A stretch of 57,433 bases of DNA, filler included, from Planctomycetota bacterium (GTDB lineage: Bacteria; Planctomycetota; Planctomycetia; JALXBF01): assembly GCA_026991575.1 (NCBI GenBank). It is 6 parts of 6 records of this genome, joined end to end, with 100 filler letters (N's around TTAATTAATTAA, not from the genome) between each part and the next. Parts side by side here need not be neighbours in the genome. Positions count along the whole stretch, not along the records: positions 22,187 to 33,117 come from JALXBF010000174.1; positions 33,218 to 43,882 come from JALXBF010000175.1; 4 more parts are not named here. One strand, 5' to 3'. A program made the translations under genes and the position numbers. The first letter of the stretch is position 1. Each line of letters opens with the position of its first letter. Positions 29,326-40,223 of this stretch are shown in pieces. Under the pieces are notes generated by a model. The model worked only from the letters and a program-made list of their open reading frames with translations. It was not told the DNA's origin and ran no database searches.

Positions 29326-29431
29326 CGATCGCTCCTGAACGGCTCTGCGGCGACTCGAATTCTAATTCATGGGGTCCAAGCGGGATGGGGGTAGAATGGA
29401 TGCTTTACCCGGCAGCGTGAGGCAGCGAACG

Positions 29432-30091
29432 ATGCGGCTACTGTGTATCACCGACATCCACGGCGCGCAGAAGCGGTTCCGCGAAATCCTGGCACGCGAG
29501 GCGGACCTGGTCGACATCATCCTGCTTGGCGGCGACATCACGAACTTTGGCACTCCTGAGGACGCCGCGTGGTTCTTGCGGCAGGCGGAGGCGACAGGCA
29601 AGCCGGTGTTCGCCGTAGCGGGCAACTGCGACTCCCCCCAGATCGACCGCCTGTTAGCCGAACGGGGCGTATCGTTGGCCGGGTTCGGCCGGCGGGTTGG
29701 GTCGATCGGCTTCTACGGGGTCTCGGCCGCGCCGGTCTGGCACGGCATGACGTATGAGATGCCCGAGGAGGAGCTGGCCGTGTATCTGCGCACGGGTGCA
29801 GAGCAAATCGGCGATGCCGCCGTGGAGGTCGTCCTCTCGCATCCTCCCCCGCGCGATACAGCGGTTGACGTCGTGCGCTCCGGTGCCCATGTGGGCAGCA
29901 CGGCAGTCCGCGACTTGGTGGAGCAGCGGCGTCCAGCGCTGGTGGTTTGCGGCCACGTGCATGAGGGTCGCGGTACGGACCGCCTGGACCGCACGCTTGT
30001 CGTCAATTGCGGTCCCGCAGTGGCGGGCTACTATGCGGTGGCCACTGTGGACGAGGACGGGGACGCGGCCGCCGAGTTGAAGGAACTCTGA
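29432..30091 (+). CDS. Calcineurin-like metallophosphoesterase
   Basis: TDIHG, GGDIT, AGNCD, SHPPP and CGHVHE motifs. Confidence 0.9.
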   Translation: MRLLCITDIHGAQKRFREILAREADLVDIILLGGDITNFGTPEDAAWFLRQAEATGKPVFAVAGNCDSPQIDRLLAERGVSLAGFGRRVGSIGFYGVSAAPVWHGMTYEMPEEELAVYLRTGAEQIGDAAVEVVLSHPPPRDTAVDVVRSGAHVGSTAVRDLVEQRRPALVVCGHVHEGRGTDRLDRTLVVNCGPAVAGYYAVATVDEDGDAAAELKEL

Positions 30092-30147
30092 GTTGACCGA
30101 CGATCGGTCGGCCCTCCTGCAGCCGTGAGTAGTGCGGAGATCGATCC

Positions 30148-30951
30148 GTGCCGGAAACCGCCCCGATGACAGTGCTCGTCACCGGAGCCTCGGGCGAGGT
30201 GGGCACGTTGATCCGGCCGTACCTCGCCGAGCACTTCCGCCTCCGACTCATGTCGCGCCGGGAGCGTCCCGGCAGCCAGTGGGTAACGGCGGACATCGGT
30301 CAGTTGGATGATCGGCTGCTGGCAGCGATGCGTGGGGTGGACGCCGTCCTCCACCTGGCCGTGGCAACCGGTCACACGGGTGCTTACGAGGACGACGCGT
30401 TCAACGATGAACGATTTCGCATTAACGTCACAGGCACCTACCACGTCTTCGAAGCGGCCCGGCGTTGCGGCGTGAGGCGAGTCGTGCACACATCGAGCCT
30501 GATGGTATTGTGGGGCTACGGCGTCCCGGAACCGGGAACCCTGGTTCCCGGCGACGCGCCCCCACGTCCCGTCGGGACCTACGCCCTGACCAAGGCATTG
30601 TCGGAATTCATCGCGGAACACTACGCACGGAGCTTCGGGATCGAGACGATCACGGTGCGGACCGCTGCGCCCCTGGTACCGGACGATCCCCGATGGCGGG
30701 TCCGGCCGGTGCCTCCGCAACGCGTCCCGGTGCCCGATCTGGCCCAGGCGTTCCAGCGCGCCTTGACTTGCCCGCTGGAGAAGTACGAGGTTGTGACCAT
30801 TGTGGGCGACAGTTCCCGACGGCTCTGGGACCTGGAACCTGCCCGTCGTGTGCTGGGCTACGAGCCACAGTACCGCTTGGACGAGCTGGGTCTCCAACTG
30901 GGCGACCCGTTCGTGATTCCGGAGGCTGAGGGTGAGCGATCGGAAGCGTGA
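30148..30951 (+). CDS. NAD-dependent epimerase/dehydratase (uronate dehydrogenase-like SDR)
   Basis: VTGASGEVG, VLHLA, NVTGT, HTSS and YALTK (YxxxK). Confidence 0.88.
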   Translation: MPETAPMTVLVTGASGEVGTLIRPYLAEHFRLRLMSRRERPGSQWVTADIGQLDDRLLAAMRGVDAVLHLAVATGHTGAYEDDAFNDERFRINVTGTYHVFEAARRCGVRRVVHTSSLMVLWGYGVPEPGTLVPGDAPPRPVGTYALTKALSEFIAEHYARSFGIETITVRTAAPLVPDDPRWRVRPVPPQRVPVPDLAQAFQRALTCPLEKYEVVTIVGDSSRRLWDLEPARRVLGYEPQYRLDELGLQLGDPFVIPEAEGERSEA

Positions 30952-31450
30952 GGGGGCTAAGGGGGGAAGACGGCCGAAGGCTCTTGGACGTAGAGCAGGC
31001 AGAACCGTGTCGCTGCGCACCGTCGGCGACTGCAGCTACGAGTTCCGGCATCCGCGCTGCGTTCAAGAGCGCGAGGACGACATTCAGGAGGTGCGCGAGA
31101 TGCTGGCGCATGAGGAGTTCGAGCTGGCCGAGGACGAGTTACGCTGGTTGTTACAAGACTGCCCCGACTTCATGGCCGCTCACGTCCTGCTGGGACGAAT
31201 CGCCGAAGAAGAACACCGCTTGGATCTGGCCCGCGCCCACTACGGCTACGCGTTCGAGATCGGCTGCAAGGCGCTGGCCGGACGTGCCCCCGGCCGGCTC
31301 GACCATCGCCGCCCGGCAAATCGACCCTGGTTCGAGGCCGCCGCGGGCCTGCTCCGCTGCCTAGTCGCCCTCGGCGAACACGACAAGGCAAGTGACGTGT
31401 TGAACACCGTCGCTCAATGGGACCCGACCGTACGTCTGAACGAGCTCTAA
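30932..31450 (+). CDS. TPR-like hypothetical protein
   Basis: HPRCVQEREDDIQEV...ELRWLLQDCPDFMAAHVLLGRIA...ARAHYGYAF...PANRPWF helical repeat pattern. Confidence 0.65.
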   Translation: MSDRKREGAKGGRRPKALGRRAGRTVSLRTVGDCSYEFRHPRCVQEREDDIQEVREMLAHEEFELAEDELRWLLQDCPDFMAAHVLLGRIAEEEHRLDLARAHYGYAFEIGCKALAGRAPGRLDHRRPANRPWFEAAAGLLRCLVALGEHDKASDVLNTVAQWDPTVRLNEL

Positions 31451-31601
31451 CGCCAGGGCGGAGCGTCGCGGCCCTTTCTGTGCGTAGCCGTCAACGACCA
31501 GGACGTTGAGCACCGGCTAGCAAGCGGTTCAGAAGTCCCCGGTCCCGCTTACGGTTAGCTCGACCGGCCCGTCGCGCCGGAGGCGCAACCGGCAGGGGCG
31601 T

Positions 31602-33117
31602 TCAGTTGCACGTGGCTGCGCTCAGCAGTTCGCGAGCCGACGCACGGTTCGCCTCCGACGGTGAGCCGAGCATGGCAGCCAGCTCCTCGATACGCTCCTC
31701 ATCGCGCAGTTCGCGAACCGATGTTCGCGTGCGCCGCCGCACCAGCTGCTTTGTGACCGCAAAATGCTGATCGGCATAGGCAGCCACCTGGGGCAGATGG
31801 GTCACGCACAGCACCTGATGAGTTGCCGCCAGAGCCTTTAGCCGCCGCCCGACCACCGCACCGGCTCGGCCACCAACCCCCTGGTCAAGCTCGTCGAAAA
31901 CCAGCGTCGGGACCGGGTCCACTTCAGCCAGCGCGGCCTTCAACGCCAGCATCAATCGAGCCGTCTCACCACCAGAAGCCACGGACGACAACGGTCTGAG
32001 CGGCTCACCAGGGTTGGCCGCCAACAAGAATGCCGCCCGTTCGGCACCGGTGGGCGCGAGCATCAGAACGCTACCGTCCGGCAGCGGCACCTGGTCGTTA
32101 ACCGCCTCGAGCGCGACCTCGAAGTGCGTCTGCAAGAACCCCAGCGTAGCCAGCTCCCTGCGCACCGCGGCCGCCAACGCGCGGGCAGCTCGGCGACGCG
32201 CCCGGCTGAGCCGCTGCGCAAGCTCCTTTGCCCGGGCCGCCATCGCCGCGATCTCCTGGCGAAGCGCCGGCTCACGCTCGCTGACCCCGCCCAGCTCCGC
32301 CAGCTCCCGGCGGAGGCGGTCCGCATACGCGGCCACCTCACTCAGCGACGGGCCATACTTGCGCTTCAGCCGCTCCAGCGCGGCCAACTGTCGCTCTAGC
32401 TCCTCGAGCCGGTCTGGATCGAATTCGCACCGATCCCCGTAGCGTCGTAATTCGCGGACGATCTCGTCCAGTTCCGCACACAGCGATCCCAGTCGTTCGG
32501 CTAGCGAGCACTGGGTCTGGTCGATGCGAGCGATATCGAGCAGGATCCTGTACGCCATGCCAAGCAACTCGGCTGCCGACGCCACTTCGTGTGAGTCGTC
32601 CCCGTCCAACAACGCCAGGCAGCGAGCGGTCTGGTCCGCCAGTGTTCGCGCGTGCGCCAGCCGGCGCCGTTCCGCGACCAACTCCGCTTCCTCCTCTTCG
32701 GATATCAGCGTCTGCTCGATCTCGCGCAGTTCAAACTCCATCAGATCCCGTGCACGCTCCATCTCTCGGGCCTGCTGTTGCAGCCGCCTGAGCTCCGCCA
32801 ATCGATCATTGAGCCTGGCGTGCAACGTGCGCAGCTCGGCCGCCAAACGCTCGGTCTTGCCATAGCGGTCTAGCAGTTCCAGCTGGTGACCAGGACGGAG
32901 CAATGACAGATGGCTGGATTGTCCGTGGAGATCGATCAGGTGTTGGGCCAAGCTGCGCAGGAGGCTAACGCGGACCATGCGGCCATTGATCCGCGCGACG
33001 CTTCGCCCGTCAGCACGCACTTCTCGGGCCACGATCAGCTCTTCGTCGCTGTCCAGCAGCTCTTCGGCCGCGAGCATCTTGCGCAACGTCTCGGCCCACG
33101 CGCCACGGATCAGGAAA
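31602..33117 (-). CDS. recN: DNA repair protein RecN (5' partial)
   Basis: IDLHGQ, ANPGEPLRPLSSVASGGETARLMLALK, LVFDELDQGVGG, VLCVTHLPQVAA and ERIEELAAML. Confidence 0.95.
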
Positions 33118-33217
33118 NNNNNNNNNNNNNNNNNNNNNNNNNNNNNNNNNNNNNNNNNNNNTTAATTAATTAANNNNNNNNNNNNNNNNNNNNNNNNNNN
33201 NNNNNNNNNNNNNNNNN
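33118..33217. other. Artificial contig linker
   Basis: N44-TTAATTAATTAA-N44. Confidence 0.98.
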
Positions 33218-33218
33218 A

Positions 33219-33467
33219 CGGCTATCGCTGGGACAACTAGGACAGGTGCACCTGTCGGTCCAACGAGCGAAGAATGGTTGGAAGATCGATCTGGACACGA
33301 CGAACACGTCCGAACCGGTCCGTTGGCAGTTCGTCGCGCCTGCGGGTTACCCGGCCGGTGTGTGGATTGTGGACGGTCGACCCGTCCACCGGCAGGACCA
33401 GGTCAGGTTCGCCACGGTTGTCTTGACGCCTGGCCGGCATCAGATCCAGTGGTGTGCCGGCGAGTAG
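33219..33467 (+). CDS. C-terminal beta-sandwich fragment of an unknown protein (5' partial)
   Basis: Frame open from the contig start; ends VVLTPGRHQIQW, typical of C-terminal Ig-like domains of carbohydrate-active enzymes. Confidence 0.5.
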   Translation, partial: RLSLGQLGQVHLSVQRAKNGWKIDLDTTNTSEPVRWQFVAPAGYPAGVWIVDGRPVHRQDQVRFATVVLTPGRHQIQWCAGE

Positions 33468-33579
33468 CCGGGGTCGTTCCGCTGTGACCCGTCCTGATGG
33501 CCGGGCAAGCCACCTTGCGGTCGTGCCATGGGTGCGGTAAAACCGGCCTGGCACTCAGCCACCTGCCTTGGAATCCTCC

Positions 33580-36500
33580 ATGGGGTCACGAGAACACGCA
33601 ACTTGGAAAAGACGGCTTCTGCGTCGCCTGCTTCTCGTTCTTGCGGTCTTGGGCCTTCTTGGCGCCGCGTTGGTGCCGCGGGCGTCCCGTTGGCTTGCCC
33701 AGCGGAAGCTAGCCAGGCATGCTGCGGGTCGCCTTGAGCTGGCTGCGGTGCGTCTGTCCCGCGACGGATCCATCCAGTTGCTCGATGTGCGTATCGCACG
33801 AGGCCGTGCCGAACTGGCCCGCGTGGCCAAGGTAACAGTTCGCGGAGCGGCCGGGTTGCTGTCGTCTGAGGGTGTCCCGGACGCCGTGATCCTGGAGCGC
33901 GTTCGGCTCAGCTGCGTGGTTGCCGAGCGGGGGGTGTGGCGATTTGTGTTGCCGTTCCGGCCCCCGGCGAGGCGGCGCGCGCCGTGGATCGAGTTGCACG
34001 ACGTGACGTTCGTTCTGCCCAACGGCGACCGCTTCAAGGCCCCCCGTTTAACGTTTACCCCGGCGCCCGACCCGGCCGTCTTCCAGATCGACGGTACGGT
34101 TCGAACGCCTGCAGGCGAGGTGGTCGCGGTACGGGGCCGCCTCAACCGGCTCACCGCAGCGGCGCGGCTTGAGCTGGTGTGCGATCGCTTCGACCTGTCG
34201 CTGCGCTGGCTCCGCCGGATCCCGGCTGTAGCGCAAAGGCTTCAGAGCCAGTCCTGGCGCGCTCGTGGCTACGCCTCGACGCAAGTGCAGCTGGTGCACG
34301 CGCCCAACAGCTCGTGGGACAGTGGCTGGAGCTACGAATGTCGCCTCGATCTGCGCAACGCCATGTTCCAGTTACCGGTACACGGCATCGCGGCTCGGAA
34401 TCTGGTCGGCCGCGTCCTGCTAAAGCCAGACCGTGTGGAACTGACGGACCTCAGCGGCAGCCTCGGCCATGGCGCCATCCAGCTCACCGGGACTCTGGGC
34501 GACGACACAGCGCTGCTGGTGACGGTGAGGGGCGTGCAGCTTGGCGACGTGTTTGCTATGGCCGAGACGGCAGCAGATCGGTTCTCCAGCGTGCGTGTCG
34601 AGGGGTCGCTGTCGATTCGGGGGGGGCGTCGGCCAGAGTCCTGGACTGGCCGCCTGGTAACCCGCCTGGTTGGCCAAGCGCTTCCGGGGGGTGCACTGGA
34701 GATCGTGGCCACGATTGATCAGGGCCACGTCACCGTGGAACAGGCCAGGTGGCAGTGGGCGGGCGGTAGCTTCGCGCTCAGCGCCGAGGGACACCTGGGC
34801 CACGACCTGCTCGAGCTCCACCTGACAGCGCAGTCCGTCCGTCTCGACGCACTGCTGGAGCTAGCTGGATTGCCCGCGCGGCTCAACGCCTTGGTCCAGG
34901 CACAGCTCCATCTGAAAGGCCCGCTCACCGGGTGGAACAACCCGACCGCCTGGGCCCTGCACGGCGGCGTGCAGTTGATCAACGTCGAGACGGTCGACCG
35001 CGTGCTCGGCTCTGTCACCGCCACGTTGTCCAAGGAGCCGGGTGACGGCGAGCTGAAAGTCACCGATGTTGCAGCTGACGTGAACGGTATCCTCCTGGAG
35101 GGAACCGCATCGCTGATGCTGGCCGAGCGTGCGTGGCGAACGCAACTCAGAACGCCTCGGCCCGTTCCCCTGTCGCTACTGCTGCAATACTGCCCGCCAG
35201 ACCTGCAGCTCCCGGATCTCAGTGGCACCTGCACGCTGGCTGTTTCCGCCCAGGGCTCGGCCATGACCGGGGCGTGGTCGGCCACGGTGGCCGTCAGCGA
35301 CGGGCAGCTCCGGTGGAACAACCACGAGCTGCATGGGATTGACGGGATCGTTCAGCTTGCCAGTGACGCTCCGGTGACGTTCCGCAGTGGGCAGCTTGCC
35401 ATCGCCGGCGGGCGTATCAGCCTGGAAGGCACCGTTCGCCTGGAGCCGGACGCTAGAGAGTTGGACATACAGCTAGCTCTGGACCACGTTCGGGCAGAGC
35501 AGCTCCTTGAGCTGCTGTCGGACAGGCCGTCGAAGACGGCCGTCGCAGGGAGTCTTTCGGGCACGGCCCGGATCCGATGGGATTGCAACCCGGTCAACTC
35601 ACCTGCCTGTGCCGCGTCATTGACCAGCGACAAGCTGCGGATTGACAAGCTCACGGTCTACGACCTGAGTGCGTTCATCGAGCTACGCAACGGTCGGCTG
35701 GCCGTACCTCGCTGGGAAGGCCAACTGGCCCGCTTCGGCCCTGCATCCGGACGGCTTCGCTGGCCGGCCGGCGACGATGACGATAACCTTGCCATCGACC
35801 GTCTTGTGCTCAAGGCTATTGACCTGTCCGCCATCACGCCCGATCGGCATGGCCGACCGCTGTGCACCGGGATGGCTACCGCTGAGCTTGCCGGCCACAT
35901 GGAGCTATCGACTCGGCGGCTCGTGCTGCACGGCGTGGCTCGGTCAGCCGCCCTCAGGTGGCGCGGTCTACCGCCGGCCCAACACGCGAGGGCCGAGGTG
36001 TTCGTGGACGGTCCGCGACTCAGGCTGCGGAACCTGCGCGCCGTCTCCTGCGCGGGCAACGTCGTCGTCGACATCGACCACCCGCTCGATCGATCGGCAT
36101 CCAGCGAAATTTCGGTCCGCTTGCAGGACGTCAGTCTCAACGAACTCGTCTCGGTACGTAAGCACCACGACGCCGCATTCATCTCGGGCATCGTCAACGG
36201 CAGCGGTACGATCACCGTGAAACACGGCCCAGATCGCTCGGTGCCGCTTGGCTACGGTGAGTTCACCCTGTCGCGCGCGCGGCTGGCAAGAGTGCCGGTT
36301 CGGCACGCGAAAGGGGTGCTGTACTACGACGGCAAGGCATACGACGTGGTGTTTGACCAGATGGCCGTGGGCAACGGCTCAGCCGACGGTACGGTTACCG
36401 TTGTCCCGGGGACCCCGACGCAGTACCGGATCAGTTTAGCGTTTCGCGATCTGAGCTTGCCCTTCCTCTGCACGTCCGTGCTCCGTTTACGCGACCCCGT

Positions 36501-37044
36501 AGCCGGGTTCGTCACCGGCTCGATCGAGCTAGAGGGTACGAGCACCGGATGGCATACCACCAACGGCGCCATCTACATCACCCAACTGCGCGACGCCGAA
36601 CTCTGGAAGCTGCCGCTTTTCTATGCGATCGCGGAGTTTCTTCTTCCGGGCGTAACCCGTCCTGGAGTCTTCCACTACGGCAAGGGCAAGATCGGCGTTC
36701 AGAACGGTGTGTTCGTGTTGGACGGCTTCGCACTGCGCGGTGCGGCCGCTCAGATCTACATTCGCCAGGGGCGTATCTGGCCGGACGGCCGGCTGGAACT
36801 GGAGATCATCGGCAATGCCGAGACGCTGCTACCGGCCCAGGTGCCCGTCGTCGGGGTGATCCGGCGATTCGCAGACAACGTGCAGCATCGGTTGGTGAAG
36901 TTCTACGTCACCGGCACTGTGCACAACCCGCGAGTGCGTGCCGTGCCACTGGCCGACGTCAGCGGACCAGCATTGCAGTTTTTCCGGGAGCTGATGTCCG
37001 GTCGGTTCCTGCCTAACCCGAATCCCGGCGAATCCCGGCGCTAA
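33580..37044 (+). CDS. AsmA-like / TamB-type beta-taco protein
   Basis: N-terminal TM helix, about 1150 aa of amphipathic beta-strands, C-terminal LWKLPLF and FYVTGTVHNPRV. Confidence 0.8.
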   Translation: MGSREHATWKRRLLRRLLLVLAVLGLLGAALVPRASRWLAQRKLARHAAGRLELAAVRLSRDGSIQLLDVRIARGRAELARVAKVTVRGAAGLLSSEGVPDAVILERVRLSCVVAERGVWRFVLPFRPPARRRAPWIELHDVTFVLPNGDRFKAPRLTFTPAPDPAVFQIDGTVRTPAGEVVAVRGRLNRLTAAARLELVCDRFDLSLRWLRRIPAVAQRLQSQSWRARGYASTQVQLVHAPNSSWDSGWSYECRLDLRNAMFQLPVHGIAARNLVGRVLLKPDRVELTDLSGSLGHGAIQLTGTLGDDTALLVTVRGVQLGDVFAMAETAADRFSSVRVEGSLSIRGGRRPESWTGRLVTRLVGQALPGGALEIVATIDQGHVTVEQARWQWAGGSFALSAEGHLGHDLLELHLTAQSVRLDALLELAGLPARLNALVQAQLHLKGPLTGWNNPTAWALHGGVQLINVETVDRVLGSVTATLSKEPGDGELKVTDVAADVNGILLEGTASLMLAERAWRTQLRTPRPVPLSLLLQYCPPDLQLPDLSGTCTLAVSAQGSAMTGAWSATVAVSDGQLRWNNHELHGIDGIVQLASDAPVTFRSGQLAIAGGRISLEGTVRLEPDARELDIQLALDHVRAEQLLELLSDRPSKTAVAGSLSGTARIRWDCNPVNSPACAASLTSDKLRIDKLTVYDLSAFIELRNGRLAVPRWEGQLARFGPASGRLRWPAGDDDDNLAIDRLVLKAIDLSAITPDRHGRPLCTGMATAELAGHMELSTRRLVLHGVARSAALRWRGLPPAQHARAEVFVDGPRLRLRNLRAVSCAGNVVVDIDHPLDRSASSEISVRLQDVSLNELVSVRKHHDAAFISGIVNGSGTITVKHGPDRSVPLGYGEFTLSRARLARVPVRHAKGVLYYDGKAYDVVFDQMAVGNGSADGTVTVVPGTPTQYRISLAFRDLSLPFLCTSVLRLRDPVAGFVTGSIELEGTSTGWHTTNGAIYITQLRDAELWKLPLFYAIAEFLLPGVTRPGVFHYGKGKIGVQNGVFVLDGFALRGAAAQIYIRQGRIWPDGRLELEIIGNAETLLPAQVPVVGVIRRFADNVQHRLVKFYVTGTVHNPRVRAVPLADVSGPALQFFRELMSGRFLPNPNPGESRR

Positions 37045-37170
37045 GTCCGGTCGGCCCTTTCCCGCTCCGGTCTGCCAAGCCACGCCGCCGTAAACAGTCA
37101 GCAACGCCCACGAACCTCTTCTCCGGCGCTTCGGCGGCGCAGAGGCACGCGGGTCGGGACGCTGAGTGTG

Positions 37171-38673
37171 TTAGCGGCCAGCTGGAGTCAGCGCGGGCAA
37201 GAACGGCTGCTTTTCCAGCGCGCAAAGCCGCTGATAGGCCGCCACGGCTTCAGGCTGGGCAAGCTTTGGCAGGTTGGCCGCTAGTACGACATCTTCCGCA
37301 ACGCGTATGAACCGCTGTACTTTCGCCCACTGGCACTCCAGCTCCCGGGCCTCCGTTCGGAGCTGTTCCGCCTTGGCCTGGTCGGTGCGGACGGTGGAGA
37401 ACTGCGGCAGCGACCGGAGGAACCGAAGGATTTCCGGTCCCTGCTCCGACAGAAGCGCGGGCACGTCCGCGCGCCACGGGTTGCTCAGCTCAGGCCAGCG
37501 GCGGACCAGCCGCAGCCAGACGCGTCGCCGCGCCATGCGGAGCCGGCTTTCGATTCGCCCCGCCTGCTGCAATTTCTCCTTGCGGTCTTTTTCCAGGTCC
37601 GCGGCCAGTTCTCGGGCCGCCTGCACCGGCGTGGCCGGGTCAAGATGGAACTCTTCGGCAAGCCTCCTCAGCACGTACCGGTCGATCGGGTCTGCAAGGG
37701 CAAGCAGTTCTTCGAGGGGGAGCTCTAGGTCCTTGAGCTCGGCTTCGCCGTTCCCCACACGGCTGTAGCGGCGAAGCAGCGCTTCGGACGTCTTGACCGG
37801 GATGTCGATCGTGTCGGCGTGGGTCAGCACATAGGCATGTGCCTCGGCCAGGCACACCTGGCCGTCACCGTCGTAGTCTGCCGATTCGATCGGCTGCCCC
37901 GTGCGTGTCTTTCCGGTGAGTGCTGCCCAGAAATAGGACGAGTACTCACGGTAATTGGCCTCCTCGATTTCCGGAGTGCATCCGGCTGCTCCGCGGGTCT
38001 CGACCGTCGCGTAAAAGCCGCATCGTCGATGGGTCGCCGGCGCGCCGTTCGGATCGCCGCCGTGGAAAGCCAGGTTGGCGAACCCCCCCGAGTAGCACTG
38101 GACCATGACGAGTACGACCTTTGTTTCCGGGTGGAACCGGTCAAGCTCGGCCGCCAGTTCGCGCACCGACAACGTCTCACCCCCCCACAAATACAGCCGG
38201 GCGTTGGCGGTCGGCTTGCCGCGGCCGCCATGGGCGGTGACGTACAGGAACAGCCGGTCGCCGGGCCCCAGCTCCTCGCGCATCGTGCGCAAGCGCGCGA
38301 GGACGTTAGCCTTGGTCGCCGCCCCGTCAACGTCCAGCTCGTGTGAGCGGTAGCGGAACTCGAGGTTTCGCGTGTTGCCGCTGAGAACAGCAAGCCAGCG
38401 GTTCAGCTCGGGAGTCTCCTCCGGGAGCATCTTCTCGTGCAGATCGCGGCCAGGGTCGTCGCCATCGGCGAACAAGTAGACCTGCCGGTCCAGCGGCACA
38501 TGGCGTTCGGCCAGGAGCCGTTGCACGTAGCGTACGTTCTTTTCGAGCGAGACCTGGTTGTTGCTGGCACGCGGTCCGCCTCCGATAACGAGGAAGAAGT
38601 CCCGGGCCGGTGCGACGGGGGCGCTGAGGCCAATGAGAACCAGGCAAAGGGCCACGTGGCAGGAAGCTCGCAT
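37171..38673 (-). CDS. Secreted clan CD (C13/caspase-like) peptidase with C-terminal coiled coil
   Basis: Signal peptide, LFLYVTAHGG (His) and VVLVMVQCYSGGF (Cys) dyad, EF-hand-like DYDGDGQVCLAE; CAGGAGG RBS. Confidence 0.72.
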   Translation of the reverse strand: MRASCHVALCLVLIGLSAPVAPARDFFLVIGGGPRASNNQVSLEKNVRYVQRLLAERHVPLDRQVYLFADGDDPGRDLHEKMLPEETPELNRWLAVLSGNTRNLEFRYRSHELDVDGAATKANVLARLRTMREELGPGDRLFLYVTAHGGRGKPTANARLYLWGGETLSVRELAAELDRFHPETKVVLVMVQCYSGGFANLAFHGGDPNGAPATHRRCGFYATVETRGAAGCTPEIEEANYREYSSYFWAALTGKTRTGQPIESADYDGDGQVCLAEAHAYVLTHADTIDIPVKTSEALLRRYSRVGNGEAELKDLELPLEELLALADPIDRYVLRRLAEEFHLDPATPVQAARELAADLEKDRKEKLQQAGRIESRLRMARRRVWLRLVRRWPELSNPWRADVPALLSEQGPEILRFLRSLPQFSTVRTDQAKAEQLRTEARELECQWAKVQRFIRVAEDVVLAANLPKLAQPEAVAAYQRLCALEKQPFLPALTPAGR

Positions 38674-38888
38674 CGAACGCCCTCCTGAAGCACTGCTGGT
38701 AGACAGGTTCGCGCGGAGCACCGCACGAAATAGCTCAGGGCGGACCCCATGCAGTATACCACGGCAAGACGATTCATCTCCCGATGGATGCGGAAGTAAC
38801 GGTACCGGCCTTCGGGCGGTAGGCCGCCGCCGTAGAATCTTGGTTCGGTGTACGGGGCGTCAGCGGTTCTTGGAGGGCGAGGCGGCGG

Positions 38889-40196
38889 ATGAAACAGGTT
38901 GGTGTAGCGCTACTGGGGTTAGGTACCGTGGGGTCCGGGGTCGCCAGGCTGCTGACGGAGCAGGCTGAGCGGCTGAAGCGACGGTGTGGCATCGAGTTTC
39001 GGATCAAGCACGTTGTCGTACGCGAGCCCGACAAACCCAGGCCGGTGACGCTGCCACCGGAGACCAAAATCGTTACCGACATCCGCGCGGTCGCTGAGGA
39101 CCCGGAAGTTGAGATTGCCGTGGAGCTGTGGGGCGGCATCGAGCCGGCGCGCCAGGCCGTGCTGACGCTGCTGCGGCATGGCAAGCATATTGTCACCGCC
39201 AACAAGGCGCTGCTCGCCGAGCATGGACCGGAGCTCTTTGATACGGCCCAAGAAGTAGAGCGATCCATCGCGTTTGAAGCCTCCGTGGCTGGCGGCATCC
39301 CGATCGTCGGCGCACTCGCGCACGGGTTGAGTGCCAACCGTGTGCAGTTCGTTCGTGGCGTGCTGAACGGCACGTCCAACTACATCCTGACCGCCATGAG
39401 TGACAGCCAGCACACCTACGCCGAAGCTCTAGCGGACGCTCAGGCTCGCGGCTACGCTGAGGCTGACCCGACTCTGGACGTCGATGGCACGGACGCCGCT
39501 CAGAAGCTGGCCATCCTGGTGCAGTTGGCCTTCGGACAGCGGATCAGCGGCCACCAGGTCTTCCGGCAAGGGATCACAGGAATCCAACAGGCTGACCTGA
39601 GGTACGCGGCGGAGCTGGGCTACAACATCAAGCTGCTTGCCGTGGCCCGGCTCCATGAAGACGGCCTGGAAGCGCGCGTGACCCCCTGCTTGGTTCGTAA
39701 GCGGACACCATTGGCCGAGGTCCGCGGCGTGTACAACGCGATCCAGATCCAGGGTGACGCTGTGGGCGATATGTTCTTCTACGGCCTCGGTGCAGGGCAA
39801 ATGCCCACGGCCAGCGCGGTCGTCGCCGACATGATCGACACCGCCCTCGGCCGCGCCCAGATCACGTTTCGCATGCTGCGCATGTGGGCCAGCAACGATA
39901 AAGGCCTGAGGCTGCTTGCGCCCGAGGAAACACGCACCCGCTTCTACTTCCGGTTCAACGTGCAAGACCGGCCGGGAGTACTCGCCCAGATCGCCCGCGT
40001 GCTGGGCGAACATGCCGTTTCGATCGCGTCGGTCATCCAGCACGAGCCCCCGCCAGATAGCCAGGCCGGTGACACCGTACCACTGGTGCTGATGACCCAC
40101 CGGGCTCGCACCGCCGACGCCCTGTCGTCGCTAGAAGAAATCGACCGGCTGCCGATTGTCTCACCGCCCAGCGTCCTGCTACGCGTGGAGGACTGA
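38889..40196 (+). CDS. hom: Homoserine dehydrogenase with ACT domain
   Basis: GLGTVGSG, VTANKALLA, FEASVAGGIP, LNGTSNYIL, GYAEADPTLDVDG, GAGQMPTASAV and DRPGVLAQI. Confidence 0.96.
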   Translation: MKQVGVALLGLGTVGSGVARLLTEQAERLKRRCGIEFRIKHVVVREPDKPRPVTLPPETKIVTDIRAVAEDPEVEIAVELWGGIEPARQAVLTLLRHGKHIVTANKALLAEHGPELFDTAQEVERSIAFEASVAGGIPIVGALAHGLSANRVQFVRGVLNGTSNYILTAMSDSQHTYAEALADAQARGYAEADPTLDVDGTDAAQKLAILVQLAFGQRISGHQVFRQGITGIQQADLRYAAELGYNIKLLAVARLHEDGLEARVTPCLVRKRTPLAEVRGVYNAIQIQGDAVGDMFFYGLGAGQMPTASAVVADMIDTALGRAQITFRMLRMWASNDKGLRLLAPEETRTRFYFRFNVQDRPGVLAQIARVLGEHAVSIASVIQHEPPPDSQAGDTVPLVLMTHRARTADALSSLEEIDRLPIVSPPSVLLRVED

Positions 40197-40223
40197 AGGC
40201 AGCGACCGTGACCCGAGGAAAAG

